DNA from: an uncultured virus (IMG/VR IMGVR_UViG_2061766007_000483)
Taxonomy: Duplodnaviria; Heunggongvirae; Uroviricota; Caudoviricetes
Virus record (IMG/VR): IMGVR_UViG_2061766007_000483
Length of the DNA stretch: 63,748 nt
Reading direction: 5' to 3' (one strand)
The notes beneath the pieces were generated by a model, which saw nothing but the letters and a program-made list of their open reading frames with translations, ran no database searches and had not been told where the DNA came from. Numbering within the stretch: position 1 is the stretch's first letter; each line of letters opens with the position of its first letter. Below, piece by piece: positions 20,041 through 29,702 of this stretch. The position numbers and the translations under genes were made by a program.

Positions 20041-20895
20041 TTAAAAAAGTCTTTTTTTCTCAAATTTGTTCTGATACTTCACCTCCTCACGGATGATTTT
20101 CGGATACGCGGTGTTCGGGTTTATCCTGTGGTGAAGTCGCATATACTTCGTGAAGAATTGGTTGATGTGCGTGCAGGACGGGGCGACCATAACAGTATAG
20201 AAACTCTTTACATAGGTTCCCATATCAATATACGCCTCCGTCATCCCTCCGACTGTCTTTTGTGTGTCGGTTTGGTCTAACTGCAAGTTCATAATCGTCA
20301 GGAATATGTCACCTCTTATACCGCAAATAGTATATGTGTTCGCATCATCGTTCAGTGTTCCGACAAATTTGAACGGTCGGTCAACCGAACAGATGAATGA
20401 GTTCATCGCCTTCCTTTTATATGTGAGACCCTTGTATCCTCCAACGTGGTCACCACCCTGACAGAGCGCGACGCTTTTTATCGGAGCGTTCTCATAGAAG
20501 TCCAACAATGCCTCAAACAGGGTGTCAATTCCTTTCACGGCGACAGCACCTTCAAGTGTGCGGATGGTGAAACAGTAGTAGTCGTCGTCATATTCGGCAA
20601 AGTATTTGTAACCGAGTTTCCTTGCTATGTCAAAGCAGGCGTTTCTCGCATAAATCGGAGAACCGAAGTTTCTGAAATTGTCCATAACGTCAATGGTCTT
20701 TGCCACCTCCTTTTTGCTGAACAGGACAATCTTTTCCTTTCCGAAGTTCTTGCAGTATTGGTCATAGGTGTCGTCCTCATCATCAAGGACAATGTACCAA
20801 TCGCCCGTATAACCGCAGTGCAGCAGTGAGTGCAGGGTGGTCACATCGTTCGGTCTCTTGTGGGAGAGTATGAATATGCAGAAATCATTTCTCAT
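20041..20895 (-). CDS. GT-A glycosyltransferase, TET-associated/GREB1-like type
   Basis: IFILSHKRP, ARNACFDIA, EYDDD, LNDD, GGMT..Y...GTYVKSF, RLHH. Confidence 0.75.
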   Translation of the reverse strand: MRNDFCIFILSHKRPNDVTTLHSLLHCGYTGDWYIVLDDEDDTYDQYCKNFGKEKIVLFSKKEVAKTIDVMDNFRNFGSPIYARNACFDIARKLGYKYFAEYDDDYYCFTIRTLEGAVAVKGIDTLFEALLDFYENAPIKSVALCQGGDHVGGYKGLTYKRKAMNSFICSVDRPFKFVGTLNDDANTYTICGIRGDIFLTIMNLQLDQTDTQKTVGGMTEAYIDMGTYVKSFYTVMVAPSCTHINQFFTKYMRLHHRINPNTAYPKIIREEVKYQNKFEKKRLF

Positions 20896-21313
20896 CTCGT
20901 TTCTTTTTCAAGTCCTTCGCGGTTTCCGTAATTATGTTTTGGAGTTTCACGAACCCGTTCTCAATCGCTTTGTTATAGTCAATGATAACAAGCGCGGATT
21001 TTTCCATCAGGTCTTTCATTTCAGGAGAGGCGTAGGCATAATAGTCGGCAATCTTCGCATAGTTGAACACGGTGTGCCGTTGCGCCGCATTGATAAGAAA
21101 CGCCTTTTCCTCATCGGGCAGATTGCTCTCGTTTATCTCCTTGATGAGTTTGTCGGTCTTTGTCTTGTCAAGGAGGTCGCCGATATTCGGTTTCTCATTC
21201 TTTGGTTCGTAAATAGGAACGTCAACCTTTTGTGTGTACTTGTCGTTCCCGATGGACTCCTGTATCAGTTCGTCCTTCGTCTTTATGTCTCCAAACAGGT
21301 TCTTCGTACTCAT
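20885..21313 (-). CDS. Conserved protein adjacent to the glycosyltransferase
   Basis: YTQKVDVPIYEP...AAQRHTVFNYAKIADYYA...SALVIID; recalled as a usual neighbour of this glycosyltransferase type. Confidence 0.6.
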   Translation of the reverse strand: MSTKNLFGDIKTKDELIQESIGNDKYTQKVDVPIYEPKNEKPNIGDLLDKTKTDKLIKEINESNLPDEEKAFLINAAQRHTVFNYAKIADYYAYASPEMKDLMEKSALVIIDYNKAIENGFVKLQNIITETAKDLKKKRDEK

Positions 21314-21636
21314 TATTTTTGTTTTGATGATATGATGTCGTCATAAAGTTCACCCGCGTCGGCATACTCCTTGTATGCTGTCTTGACACCGAGTCCCTTC
21401 TGCTCGTAGATATAGGCGGCGATTTTGTCCCTTCCGTCCGGACCGAACTCCAACTCAAACATATCAATCAGGTCATCCTCAATCCCGTAGTCATACACGA
21501 GGTCTGAAAAGTTTGGGGTGTCAAGCACGTTCCTTGTGCTGCGCAACGCCTCGTTCAGTCGTTCGCAGAGTTTCTCGTGTCTTTCCTGTGCGGCGAGAAT
21601 CGCGTCCACCGTTTTTACAAATGCTTCTTTTTTCAT
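21313..21636 (-). CDS. Hypothetical protein
   Basis: Start reassigned to MKKEAFV after the gap. Confidence 0.6.
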   Translation of the reverse strand: MKKEAFVKTVDAILAAQERHEKLCERLNEALRSTRNVLDTPNFSDLVYDYGIEDDLIDMFELEFGPDGRDKIAAYIYEQKGLGVKTAYKEYADAGELYDDIISSKQK

Positions 21637-21701
21637 TGTTTTTTTGTTTTTGAAATACATCACTGATATATCATANNNNNNNNNNNNNNNNNNNTTTACA
21701 C

Positions 21702-22943
21702 CTACACGACAAAATCCTTGCAATCCTCATACATCAGTTTCAGGGTGTATCGGTCAATGCAGAGACCGAGTTCCTCGTTGGCGATGCCGAACTCTATGGA
21801 CGAACCCATCTGCTTGCCTATGTCATCCGAAATCTTGATGCAGTCCTCAAACCAATCCTTGTCTGACAATCTGCACATCGTGAGTTTCATCACGATATTG
21901 GCGGGTTTGTAGTCCTCCTGCCCGATGTCGCAGGTGAGGTTGGTTCCGATTCCGAAACTGACCTTGCAACGACCCTTGAAATGCTCCTGAACACGCAACG
22001 CTTTCTCAAAGTCAAGCGCGTTGCTGAACACGATGGTCTTTGTGGTCGGGTCAATCCCCAACTCTTTGAGTCGGTCAATGATTGCCTCACCCACCGCAAT
22101 CTCATCACCGCTGTCCTGACGGAAACCTGAAAGCAACAACGCCTGCTGTTTGGTCAGGGTGTGAAGGAACGATTTTGTCGTGTAGGTGTCCACCAACGCG
22201 ATTCCGAGGTCGCCCCGATAGGTCGCAATCCAATCTTCAAGACTGATGTAGTTGGCACGCTTGTAACCAAAGCAGGCACCGTGGAACATCACCCACTCGT
22301 GAGGAAATGTCCCGATGGGTTTCAGGTTGTATTGTTTGGCATAGTAAACATTGGATGTCCCGACACAGGTCTGTGAGCGCATCACGATTTCTTTGAGAAC
22401 GGTGTCCTGAACATCGCTGCTGAAACGGCGTCTCGTGCCGAACTCGCTGAACATAATATTGTTCTCGTTGGCGAAGTCCAACTTCTTTCTGATGATGTTC
22501 CTCACGGTTTTCAGATTCGCCCCTATGCCGAGAACCTTGTTGCGGACTTCCGAATAGGTCGCAAGGATGGCAATCTCATAAAGGGTGGTCTTGTATAGTT
22601 TGTCAGTCACACTGCAATGGAATACACAGTCTTCGTCAAACCAAACATTGATTTTACCGTAATCAAAGCGGAACGAACCCAACCACTCCCAATAGGTCTG
22701 CGGAATGTAGGGGATGTTGTCAACGCACCAATAGATTTCACCTGCGGCGCATTTGAGACGGGAGAGTTTAACCATCTCATCGTTGAACATATCCCGCAAC
22801 ATATCCCGTTGCTCCTTGTCCGTCCATTTCTCCTTTCTCCTGTCGGTGAACGTGAAAGTTCCTTCGGCAAGCGGATAGAGGTTGAAATATGCGTATGAGA
22901 CGCTGAATTTGTAAAGGTCTGTGTCTAAAATTGATTTAATCAT
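21702..22943 (-). CDS. pncB: Nicotinate phosphoribosyltransferase
   Basis: ILDTDLYK, EFGTRRRFS, GTSNV, GTFPHEW, RQDSGD, FSNAL, FGIGTNLT, IVMKL. Confidence 0.93.
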   Translation of the reverse strand: MIKSILDTDLYKFSVSYAYFNLYPLAEGTFTFTDRRKEKWTDKEQRDMLRDMFNDEMVKLSRLKCAAGEIYWCVDNIPYIPQTYWEWLGSFRFDYGKINVWFDEDCVFHCSVTDKLYKTTLYEIAILATYSEVRNKVLGIGANLKTVRNIIRKKLDFANENNIMFSEFGTRRRFSSDVQDTVLKEIVMRSQTCVGTSNVYYAKQYNLKPIGTFPHEWVMFHGACFGYKRANYISLEDWIATYRGDLGIALVDTYTTKSFLHTLTKQQALLLSGFRQDSGDEIAVGEAIIDRLKELGIDPTTKTIVFSNALDFEKALRVQEHFKGRCKVSFGIGTNLTCDIGQEDYKPANIVMKLTMCRLSDKDWFEDCIKISDDIGKQMGSSIEFGIANEELGLCIDRYTLKLMYEDCKDFVV

Positions 22944-22998
22944 AATTGCTTTGTTTATTGAATTTGTTTATTGAATATAATGGAATTTGGAATGTAGT

Positions 22999-23295
22999 TC
23001 AATTTTGATATTTTCTTTCAAGTATGTGTTTTGCTTTGGTAAGGTTCACGTTAACCGTATTGCTGAAAGGTGCAGCACTAACGTCGATGTCCCATTCATC
23101 AAGCAGCAAGATTCCATAATCATTCTCAAATTCCTTTATGGTTTCAATGATTGTTTCCTTTATATTTTGCAACAAGTCTTTACTGTACACAACGCCTTCG
23201 TATTTTTTGACCGCTTCCATCAGGCGTCCTTTCAGGACGGCGAAGTAATCTATCTTCAGCACCTCGTTGAATGCGTGTGAATCCGTAACTCTCAT
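22999..23295 (-). CDS. Hypothetical protein (MRVTD tag)
   Basis: Start reassigned to MRVTDS. Confidence 0.6.
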   Translation of the reverse strand: MRVTDSHAFNEVLKIDYFAVLKGRLMEAVKKYEGVVYSKDLLQNIKETIIETIKEFENDYGILLLDEWDIDVSAAPFSNTVNVNLTKAKHILERKYQN

Positions 23296-23297
23296 AA

Positions 23298-24359
23298 TTA
23301 GAAATAGTTTCTGATAAGAACTATGGGTGTGCAACGGTCACCGCTGCCGCTTGTCAAGTCCATAAGACTTGCGAGCAGGTCTCGGTAAAGTCTCGGCGTC
23401 GTACCCTGACTGTCCATCTTTCCAATAAGGGATTTCTTGTTGGCGATTTCATCTTCAATCGCCTTGTTAAGTTCATCCCCGTTCAGGTGTCCGTACTTGT
23501 CATCGGCAAGTGCCTTCACTTTCAACTCGTTCGGCGTGCTTTCAAGGAGTTCCTTGTGAGTGTAGGCGGGCATTGTGATAGGGTCGGCGAACTCCCAAAT
23601 TCCCCCAACGGGGTCTTTGAAACATCCGTCACCATAGACGCACACAACCACATCCCGACCCGTGTACTTTTTCAGGAGGGTTCGGGTCGCCTCAACGAGG
23701 ATTTGTGTCTCCTTGTCCTTCGGGAAAAGTTTGATTCTCTCCTCATCAACCTTGTTTGAACCGAGAACCCCGTACTTGCACTTGTCGGACAGGATGTCGG
23801 CGAGCGTGAAGAAATACCGAACCTTTCCATTTGAATAGGATTCATAGTCGTGCAGACTGCAAATAAGCACCCATTCGTCAAGTGAGTCTCTTGAATAGGT
23901 CTTGCTGACAGTCACCTCCGCACCCTCTTTCTCACAGAGTTCCTTATAGTAGGTCTCGTAGTCCATCTTTGTGAACGGATGGTCGTGCAGGACGTTTCCG
24001 ACCTCATCCCTGTCGGGGAGAACAAGATTGATTTTCTTTGCTGCACGGGCAATGCCTTTCAGGATGATGGCAAATCGGTTCCGTGAATAAATCGGTTCGC
24101 AGACTGCTATGGTCGCGTCGTTCCCGCAGATTTTTCTGACGGAGTTCGCGATGTCGTCAACACTCGCATAGTTTCCCTGTGCGCGGGCGACAATGGACTC
24201 GGTGATACCGACAACGGACTTGTCGTCAAGGTCAATCCAACCGCTCGGTCGCATAACCTCCTTCAACACAATGTTCGCAACGATTTCGGGAATGTTATCA
24301 CCCTCTCTGATAATGGGTGCGGTCAGTCCGACCGCGTTCACGCCTTTCTTCATCTTCAT
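23298..24359 (-). CDS. CofE-like (F420-0:gamma-glutamyl ligase family) protein
   Basis: APIIREGD, TESIVARAQGN, SRNRF, YGDGCFKDP, GTTPR, DLTSGSGD. Confidence 0.8.
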   Translation of the reverse strand: MKMKKGVNAVGLTAPIIREGDNIPEIVANIVLKEVMRPSGWIDLDDKSVVGITESIVARAQGNYASVDDIANSVRKICGNDATIAVCEPIYSRNRFAIILKGIARAAKKINLVLPDRDEVGNVLHDHPFTKMDYETYYKELCEKEGAEVTVSKTYSRDSLDEWVLICSLHDYESYSNGKVRYFFTLADILSDKCKYGVLGSNKVDEERIKLFPKDKETQILVEATRTLLKKYTGRDVVVCVYGDGCFKDPVGGIWEFADPITMPAYTHKELLESTPNELKVKALADDKYGHLNGDELNKAIEDEIANKKSLIGKMDSQGTTPRLYRDLLASLMDLTSGSGDRCTPIVLIRNYF

Positions 24360-24365
24360 TTGTTT

Positions 24366-25478
24366 TTAATTGTTTTCTTTCTTTTCTTCTTCTTTGATTC
24401 TGTTCCAACACACCTCGCCTTTCTTTCTCTGCATTTGGCAGGTGTTGCACAGGTTGAACGAACAGGTCTTGTTCAGGCAGGTGTCGCCGCCTTGTTCCTC
24501 TTTGAGTTCAAGGAGAACCTTTCCCGCATACTCCTTCATCAGGTTTCCCATATTGCCTGATGCAATCACCTTTTCAAGCAGGTCGGCGCATCTCTTTGTG
24601 CGCCATTCCTCAATGACACCGATTGCTGTTTCCTGCCATTCGGACTCATCTGATTTCATCGCATACTCAACGATGGGGAACAGGATGTCCTCATCATTCG
24701 CATCGGAAAGTGTCCGCATCGCCGTAAGAACTCTCGGAATGAACCGCGAGTGCTTCCTGTCGGCGGCAACCTCAACGACGGTTTTCCAAACGTCACTTCG
24801 GATAGCACATCCGAGCATACGTTCAATGATTTCCTTGCAGACAGGGGTGCCGTCCTCATTGTCATAGACGTCATATTTTTCAAGGTCACCGCGCTGCTTT
24901 TCAATCACCTCATCGGAGTACCATTTGCCGACACTTTTTCGGATGATGTTGACTTGGTTGGTTTCCATAAGGGAGACCGCCTTGTTATGGTTGTCCTGTG
25001 TGGTGCCGCCGCAGCAGGACTCAATCAGGAACACATCACATTTCGGGAATTTTGCTTTCAGCATAAGTGCGTTGTTGAGGACACAGATGTCGGTGGCGAA
25101 ACCGCACACATAGATTTCGATGTTCGGAACAATGGAACATTTGTCATCGTGTTCAATAATTCCGTCAACATCACCGAGCATAAACCCGCCTTTCTCCACA
25201 GTGGTGTATTCACAGTCATAGAGTTGCGAATAGATTTTCCTGTTGAGTTTGTGACCCCACGTTCCTTTCACGCAGTGCTTGACGGGAAGATACTGTCCCT
25301 CCTTTGTGTTAAGATAGCGGTTGTCGTGTGTGTCAAGGGTGCAGACGATTTTGTCAAACTTGATTTTCCGAAGCAGTTCGCAGATATTCTTTACCACGCT
25401 CTTGCTCTTTTCACATACGAGACTCCCGCCCTTTGTGCAGAAGTCGTTCTGTGCGTCAATTATGAATAATACTCTCAT
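24366..25478 (-). CDS. pncA: Nicotinamidase/isochorismatase-family hydrolase with extra C-terminal helical and Cys-rich region
   Basis: IDAQNDF, DTH, HCVKGTWG, EK, CGFATDICV; gene symbol rests on pncB proximity. Confidence 0.8.
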   Translation of the reverse strand: MRVLFIIDAQNDFCTKGGSLVCEKSKSVVKNICELLRKIKFDKIVCTLDTHDNRYLNTKEGQYLPVKHCVKGTWGHKLNRKIYSQLYDCEYTTVEKGGFMLGDVDGIIEHDDKCSIVPNIEIYVCGFATDICVLNNALMLKAKFPKCDVFLIESCCGGTTQDNHNKAVSLMETNQVNIIRKSVGKWYSDEVIEKQRGDLEKYDVYDNEDGTPVCKEIIERMLGCAIRSDVWKTVVEVAADRKHSRFIPRVLTAMRTLSDANDEDILFPIVEYAMKSDESEWQETAIGVIEEWRTKRCADLLEKVIASGNMGNLMKEYAGKVLLELKEEQGGDTCLNKTCSFNLCNTCQMQRKKGEVCWNRIKEEEKKENN

Positions 25479-26215
25479 AGTTCCAATTCTGTTTCGTTTT
25501 TAATGTATTCGCTTATTTTCAATTCCTTGTCACCGATTATGTCATAGACAAAGGCGTCCTTTCCGCCATACATCATCGGGAGCATCGCATTGTGCGTGAC
25601 GCAGATGGTGGAGGCATTGAACAGGGCAGACAGGTTTTTCAGGATGACTGCGAACTTCTTTTGTGTGCCGATGTCAAGACCCTCGTCAACCTCATCAAAA
25701 ATGACGAGGTTTCTTGTCGGGCATTTCTCACCCGCATCGTACTTGTGAATGTTGAAATCGCACACATCCTCAATTTTGTGAATGAAGCGTGCGAGCATAG
25801 ACATTGACTTCTGACCCTTTGACATCCGAGACACCTGAATCCCTCCACCATTTATATAGGATGTACCCGTAGCGGAGTTGATGAATGACAGGGGGTCGTC
25901 GTCAACCGAGTCAAGGACAAACACATTGTCAAAGATGTCAAGTCCCTCAATGCTGCAAAAACCTCCATCCTTGAAAAGGATGTCGTCATTTGACTGCATA
26001 CCGTCACGTTCCTTTTTGTTCGTGTCATACAGGGAATGCTTTGCCGCCCGTATGCAGTGCAGGAGCGTACTTTTGCCCGAACCGTTCTTTCCGACAATGA
26101 AAGTCACTTCCTTGTCAAGGAGCGGGATTGTCCTTGTGTCACCCTCCGTGTACGAACGGAAGTCCTTATTTGCCGTGAACTTGATTTGTGGCATAATTGG
26201 TTGGTGTTTTTGCAT
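25475..26215 (-). CDS. ABC-type ATPase
   Basis: GKNGSGKST, MSKGQ, IFDEVDEGLD, VTHN. Confidence 0.85.
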   Translation of the reverse strand: MQKHQPIMPQIKFTANKDFRSYTEGDTRTIPLLDKEVTFIVGKNGSGKSTLLHCIRAAKHSLYDTNKKERDGMQSNDDILFKDGGFCSIEGLDIFDNVFVLDSVDDDPLSFINSATGTSYINGGGIQVSRMSKGQKSMSMLARFIHKIEDVCDFNIHKYDAGEKCPTRNLVIFDEVDEGLDIGTQKKFAVILKNLSALFNASTICVTHNAMLPMMYGGKDAFVYDIIGDKELKISEYIKNETELEL

Positions 26216-26224
26216 TTTGGTTGT

Positions 26225-26557
26225 TTATACTTTCGGTCTGTTCCGCAGCATACAGTTGACATATTCAGTGTCGCTCATAAAACAAGTGCAACAACCTCTA
26301 TCGTACCATTCACAACTGCGTTTTGCGCAGGCGCGGGTTGCGATTTCAACTTCGCGCTCGCGTTCGCGTTTGTCCCACCATCGCTTTGCGGCGGCGAGAA
26401 TGCGGGAACCGTATTTCCGACGTGTTTTTTCCGTGTCGGACATAAGCGAACACAACGCCTCGTCCAACACCTCCTCGAATGTTTCCTCCCTTTTGAGGTC
26501 TTTCTCGTTGAATTTCACACGTTTCATTTCAATGGATTTATTAAGTAAGTGTTTCAA
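26225..26557 (-). CDS. Hypothetical protein with Cys-rich C-terminus
   Basis: CAKRSCEWYDRGCCTC. Confidence 0.5.
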   Translation of the reverse strand: MKHLLNKSIEMKRVKFNEKDLKREETFEEVLDEALCSLMSDTEKTRRKYGSRILAAAKRWWDKREREREVEIATRACAKRSCEWYDRGCCTCFMSDTEYVNCMLRNRPKV

Positions 26558-26561
26558 AAAT

Positions 26562-26620
26562 TATACCCCAAAGGGTGCAAAACACGCCGTTTCGGGAACG
26601 ATTGCACCCTTTCGGGTATA
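26562..26620. repeat. 19-bp inverted repeat (18/19) with 21-nt loop
   Basis: tataccccaaagggtgcaa ... ttgcaccctttcgggtata. Confidence 0.8.
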
Positions 26621-26625
26621 GATGG

Positions 26626-27108
26626 TTATCGGATGGTGATGGATTTATTCTCCACTATTTCGGCGCCCTCCACGACAAGACCGCTCTTGATTGCGTTCTT
26701 GATGTCAGTCTTGCTGACCTCGTATTTGACCTTCTTGTACTCCTGTGGGATTGCATCCTCGTTGATGATGTTCACTGCTTCACTCTTGGTGAGTGAGACC
26801 TTGAACAGACCTGCCTGTACCTTCGGGGTGTCAAAGGTGTCCATAGCGGTCTTTAATGCCTCTTTCAGGCGTGCCTGCGCGTTTGCGTTCACACGCTTTT
26901 TCTCTTGGAGGCGTTTGATTTCTTCGGCAATGGCGTCCTCTTCCGCCTTGTAGTTCTTGATTGCCTTGACATACCCTTCCGCTTTCGCGTTGAAGTTGTC
27001 AAGGTTAATCTTTAATGCCTCCTCAATTTCGGGAGTGAGTTCACCGCCGTTTTCTTCAAGGAGTGCATTGAGTTGCTGTTGCTCTACTGTAATTTCATAC
27101 AAATTCAT
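26626..27108 (-). CDS. Siphovirus Gp157-family protein
   Basis: MNLYEI...IAEEIKRLQ...KTDIKNAIKSG..VEGAEIVENKSITIR. Confidence 0.85.
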   Translation of the reverse strand: MNLYEITVEQQQLNALLEENGGELTPEIEEALKINLDNFNAKAEGYVKAIKNYKAEEDAIAEEIKRLQEKKRVNANAQARLKEALKTAMDTFDTPKVQAGLFKVSLTKSEAVNIINEDAIPQEYKKVKYEVSKTDIKNAIKSGLVVEGAEIVENKSITIR

Positions 27109-27182
27109 AATTTTAATTTTTAGGTTTATAAAATGATTAACTGTTTTCNNNNNNNNNNNNNNNNNNNNAATTCAAACATTAT

Positions 27183-27689
27183 CTATTTTTTCAAAAAATC
27201 TTCAAAAATTTTACTGTAATAGTCATTTTTCAAAAGACTCATATTGTAAGAGTCCAGGTCATTGTATCTTATTGTACAGATTCCAATATCGTTATGGTAC
27301 ACGCCATCCCAAAAATTTGATATGTAATTATTGATATGTATGCAGGCGCTCCGAATACTGTTGTCTTCCGTGTTATAAAGATTGAAATCATATATATCCA
27401 TCGCGGATGGCGTTTTGCACTTTCTCTTGGTGTGCGCAGTTTCAACCCTGCAAAGCGACCTCAAAACCCCTGACATATCCTCTGACACAAAATTGTTGTC
27501 AAGAAGTATTGTGAAGCGAATCTGTGTCAACAGTCTGTGCTTGTCCCTGTAAGCGCACCGAAGGACATAGTTAGGATGTATCATAGGCATATCATACATC
27601 AACATTCCTTTTATGCGCGTGTTCGGAAGTTCGTACCATTGATGTTTGCACATATCCACTAAATTCGTGTCGCAATCGGTCAGTCTCAT
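27183..27689 (-). CDS. Hypothetical protein (MRLTD tag)
   Basis: 168 aa. Confidence 0.65.
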   Translation of the reverse strand: MRLTDCDTNLVDMCKHQWYELPNTRIKGMLMYDMPMIHPNYVLRCAYRDKHRLLTQIRFTILLDNNFVSEDMSGVLRSLCRVETAHTKRKCKTPSAMDIYDFNLYNTEDNSIRSACIHINNYISNFWDGVYHNDIGICTIRYNDLDSYNMSLLKNDYYSKIFEDFLKK

Positions 27690-28291
27690 TCCACAATATA
27701 GTTTTTGTATTCACCACTTTCAAGTTCGGAAAGCAGTTCCTTGTGAATTTCGGAACCCGTGCGCCCTATCACATCGGCAAGGCGTTTTTTCTCATAGGGA
27801 ATTTCAAAGTCTTGCAGGACTCTCCTGAAAACAACAGTGTCCTTGTTCGGGATTGCGATGAACTTTGACACATATCTCTTGGTGTCGTGGAGGTGGATTG
27901 TGTTCGGTTGTTGTCCATCAAGGTATTCCCTGATGTAGCGCAGGCAGGAGTTGAGGTCGTGTACGAGAACAAGAAGCAGGATGTGTGCATCAAGTTTGGG
28001 CGTGCGTCCGCGAGCGATTGCGGAAAGCGTCACCTCATACAGAGAAAACTCGTGTGCGATATGGTGCTGCATTTTTCCGATGATTGCATTGGCAACCCGT
28101 CCGCTGTCGGATTGAGTCTTTGTGTGGTTGCACAATACGTTTGTCAGGTCACCGAACAGGGATATGGACTCACCCAAGTCAGTTACAGGGATTTTCTCAC
28201 AGACATCCATATCACCATCCATAATGAGTTTGATGACATTGTTGCCGATTGTGCGGAAATATGCGAAATCCAAATCTTCCTTTGTTGCCAT
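27686..28291 (-). CDS. Hypothetical protein
   Basis: 201-aa ORF in operon. Confidence 0.65.
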   Translation of the reverse strand: MATKEDLDFAYFRTIGNNVIKLIMDGDMDVCEKIPVTDLGESISLFGDLTNVLCNHTKTQSDSGRVANAIIGKMQHHIAHEFSLYEVTLSAIARGRTPKLDAHILLLVLVHDLNSCLRYIREYLDGQQPNTIHLHDTKRYVSKFIAIPNKDTVVFRRVLQDFEIPYEKKRLADVIGRTGSEIHKELLSELESGEYKNYIVE

Positions 28292-28292
28292 A

Positions 28293-28580
28293 TCACTTCA
28301 CTTCATATTCGTCAAACATTCCCATTTCGGCATAGTCATCAAAGCACCCTGCGAGATGGTAGTAGATTCGGTCACCGCAGACGTTGCAGGTGAAGCAAAT
28401 CATAAGACCGTTCTGCGAGTCATAGAACCCGTCGCAGTGCCAAGCATTCAGTTTTTCCGCCCAACCGCCCTTGCACATAAAGTTGCAGGAACAGTCAAGG
28501 TTTATCGCATACTCATAGTCCCCGACCTGTGGAATATAGGGGATGTCATACATTTTTCCGTTACTTGCGTGTAGTTTCAT
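28293..28580 (-). CDS. Small Zn-binding protein
   Basis: CSCNFMC...CFTCNVCG. Confidence 0.55.
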   Translation of the reverse strand: MKLHASNGKMYDIPYIPQVGDYEYAINLDCSCNFMCKGGWAEKLNAWHCDGFYDSQNGLMICFTCNVCGDRIYYHLAGCFDDYAEMGMFDEYEVK

Positions 28581-28679
28581 AGTTTGTTCTTTTATTGAAT
28601 ATAATAAAAAATTTCGGAATTATTCATTTTGGTCTTATAGTGGACTCATATAAATAATACAAGAATATACAAATTGATT

Positions 28680-29114
28680 ATGGCACACATTATGCGAGTT
28701 GACGAAATGGCAGTCAATATTAAGAGGAACGATTACAAACAGACAACAGAATGCAGAGAAGAAGTTGTACAAGCAATTTGTGATGCTTTTTTGAAAAATT
28801 GTGCGTGGTCACATTTTAGACCATATAATGATGGCGTAGGTAGAAACCCAACACTTTATGTAATAGGACATAATAAAAATGATTGGTATGGTTTTAATGG
28901 TGACCCATTTAGTAGTGACAAAGCATATTATCGTATTCGTGAATGTGAGATGAAAGAAGCAATCAGACTTCTTGTTGAGGCAGGTTATCACGTTTGGAAA
29001 TACTATCAATATCGTGATAGCAGAGTAAAATCATATAAAGTAACAAAAAGTCCAAATATAGACGATAGAAGTGCAGTAGAGGTGTTTTCTTTTGATGACC
29101 ATTTTGATGATTAG
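28680..29114 (+). CDS. Late protein with RVDEM N-terminus
   Basis: MAHIMRVDEM; TATAAATA at 28649; AT-rich. Confidence 0.65.
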   Translation: MAHIMRVDEMAVNIKRNDYKQTTECREEVVQAICDAFLKNCAWSHFRPYNDGVGRNPTLYVIGHNKNDWYGFNGDPFSSDKAYYRIRECEMKEAIRLLVEAGYHVWKYYQYRDSRVKSYKVTKSPNIDDRSAVEVFSFDDHFDD

Positions 29115-29171
29115 TAATTTACTACAAAACTAAATTCCGAAACTAAAGTGATAATTCCGAATTGAAATAAT

Positions 29172-29200
29172 AAAAAGGGGAACAATGTTCCCCCTTTTTT
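29172..29200. terminator. Bidirectional intrinsic terminator
   Basis: aaaaaggggaaca-a-tgttcccctttttt between convergent genes. Confidence 0.8.
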
Positions 29201-29201
29201 A

Positions 29202-29702
29202 TCACCATTCTATTACAGGTATTGAGATGTCATTGTTCTCACCTTTGAAGTTGAACCAAAGGAACACCCACCGTTCATTGTTTCGGAATAGTGCGTCATA
29301 CAGGTATGCCATAGAGAGGTACTTGATTTCGTACTTGTAACTCTTTTTCACGATTGCGACGTCATCATAACCGACAACATCACGCATCTCCGTCTCCGCC
29401 TGCTTTAACGCCTCACATCGTTTTTCGTTAAGTTCGGGCGGTTGGAGGTTGCTGTCAAACGCCATCGCGACACATTGTCTCTTGTAATCCTCCTTGTTTA
29501 CCAACACACTGTACTCAATGATATTGTAGTTACCTTCGGTCATAGCGTTCTCTATGACCATTTTCCGAACTTGGAAGTCAATGTGTTCACCGTACAACAA
29601 ATCATCTTCAATGTCCAATGCAGGTGCGTACACGAACTTCTTTTTCAACTTCTTGTATGCGATTTTAATCACATCGTCTTTTCTCAACTGTATCATTTGC
29701 AA
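29202..29702 (-). CDS. Hypothetical protein
   Basis: 166 aa. Confidence 0.6.
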   Translation of the reverse strand: MQMIQLRKDDVIKIAYKKLKKKFVYAPALDIEDDLLYGEHIDFQVRKMVIENAMTEGNYNIIEYSVLVNKEDYKRQCVAMAFDSNLQPPELNEKRCEALKQAETEMRDVVGYDDVAIVKKSYKYEIKYLSMAYLYDALFRNNERWVFLWFNFKGENNDISIPVIEW

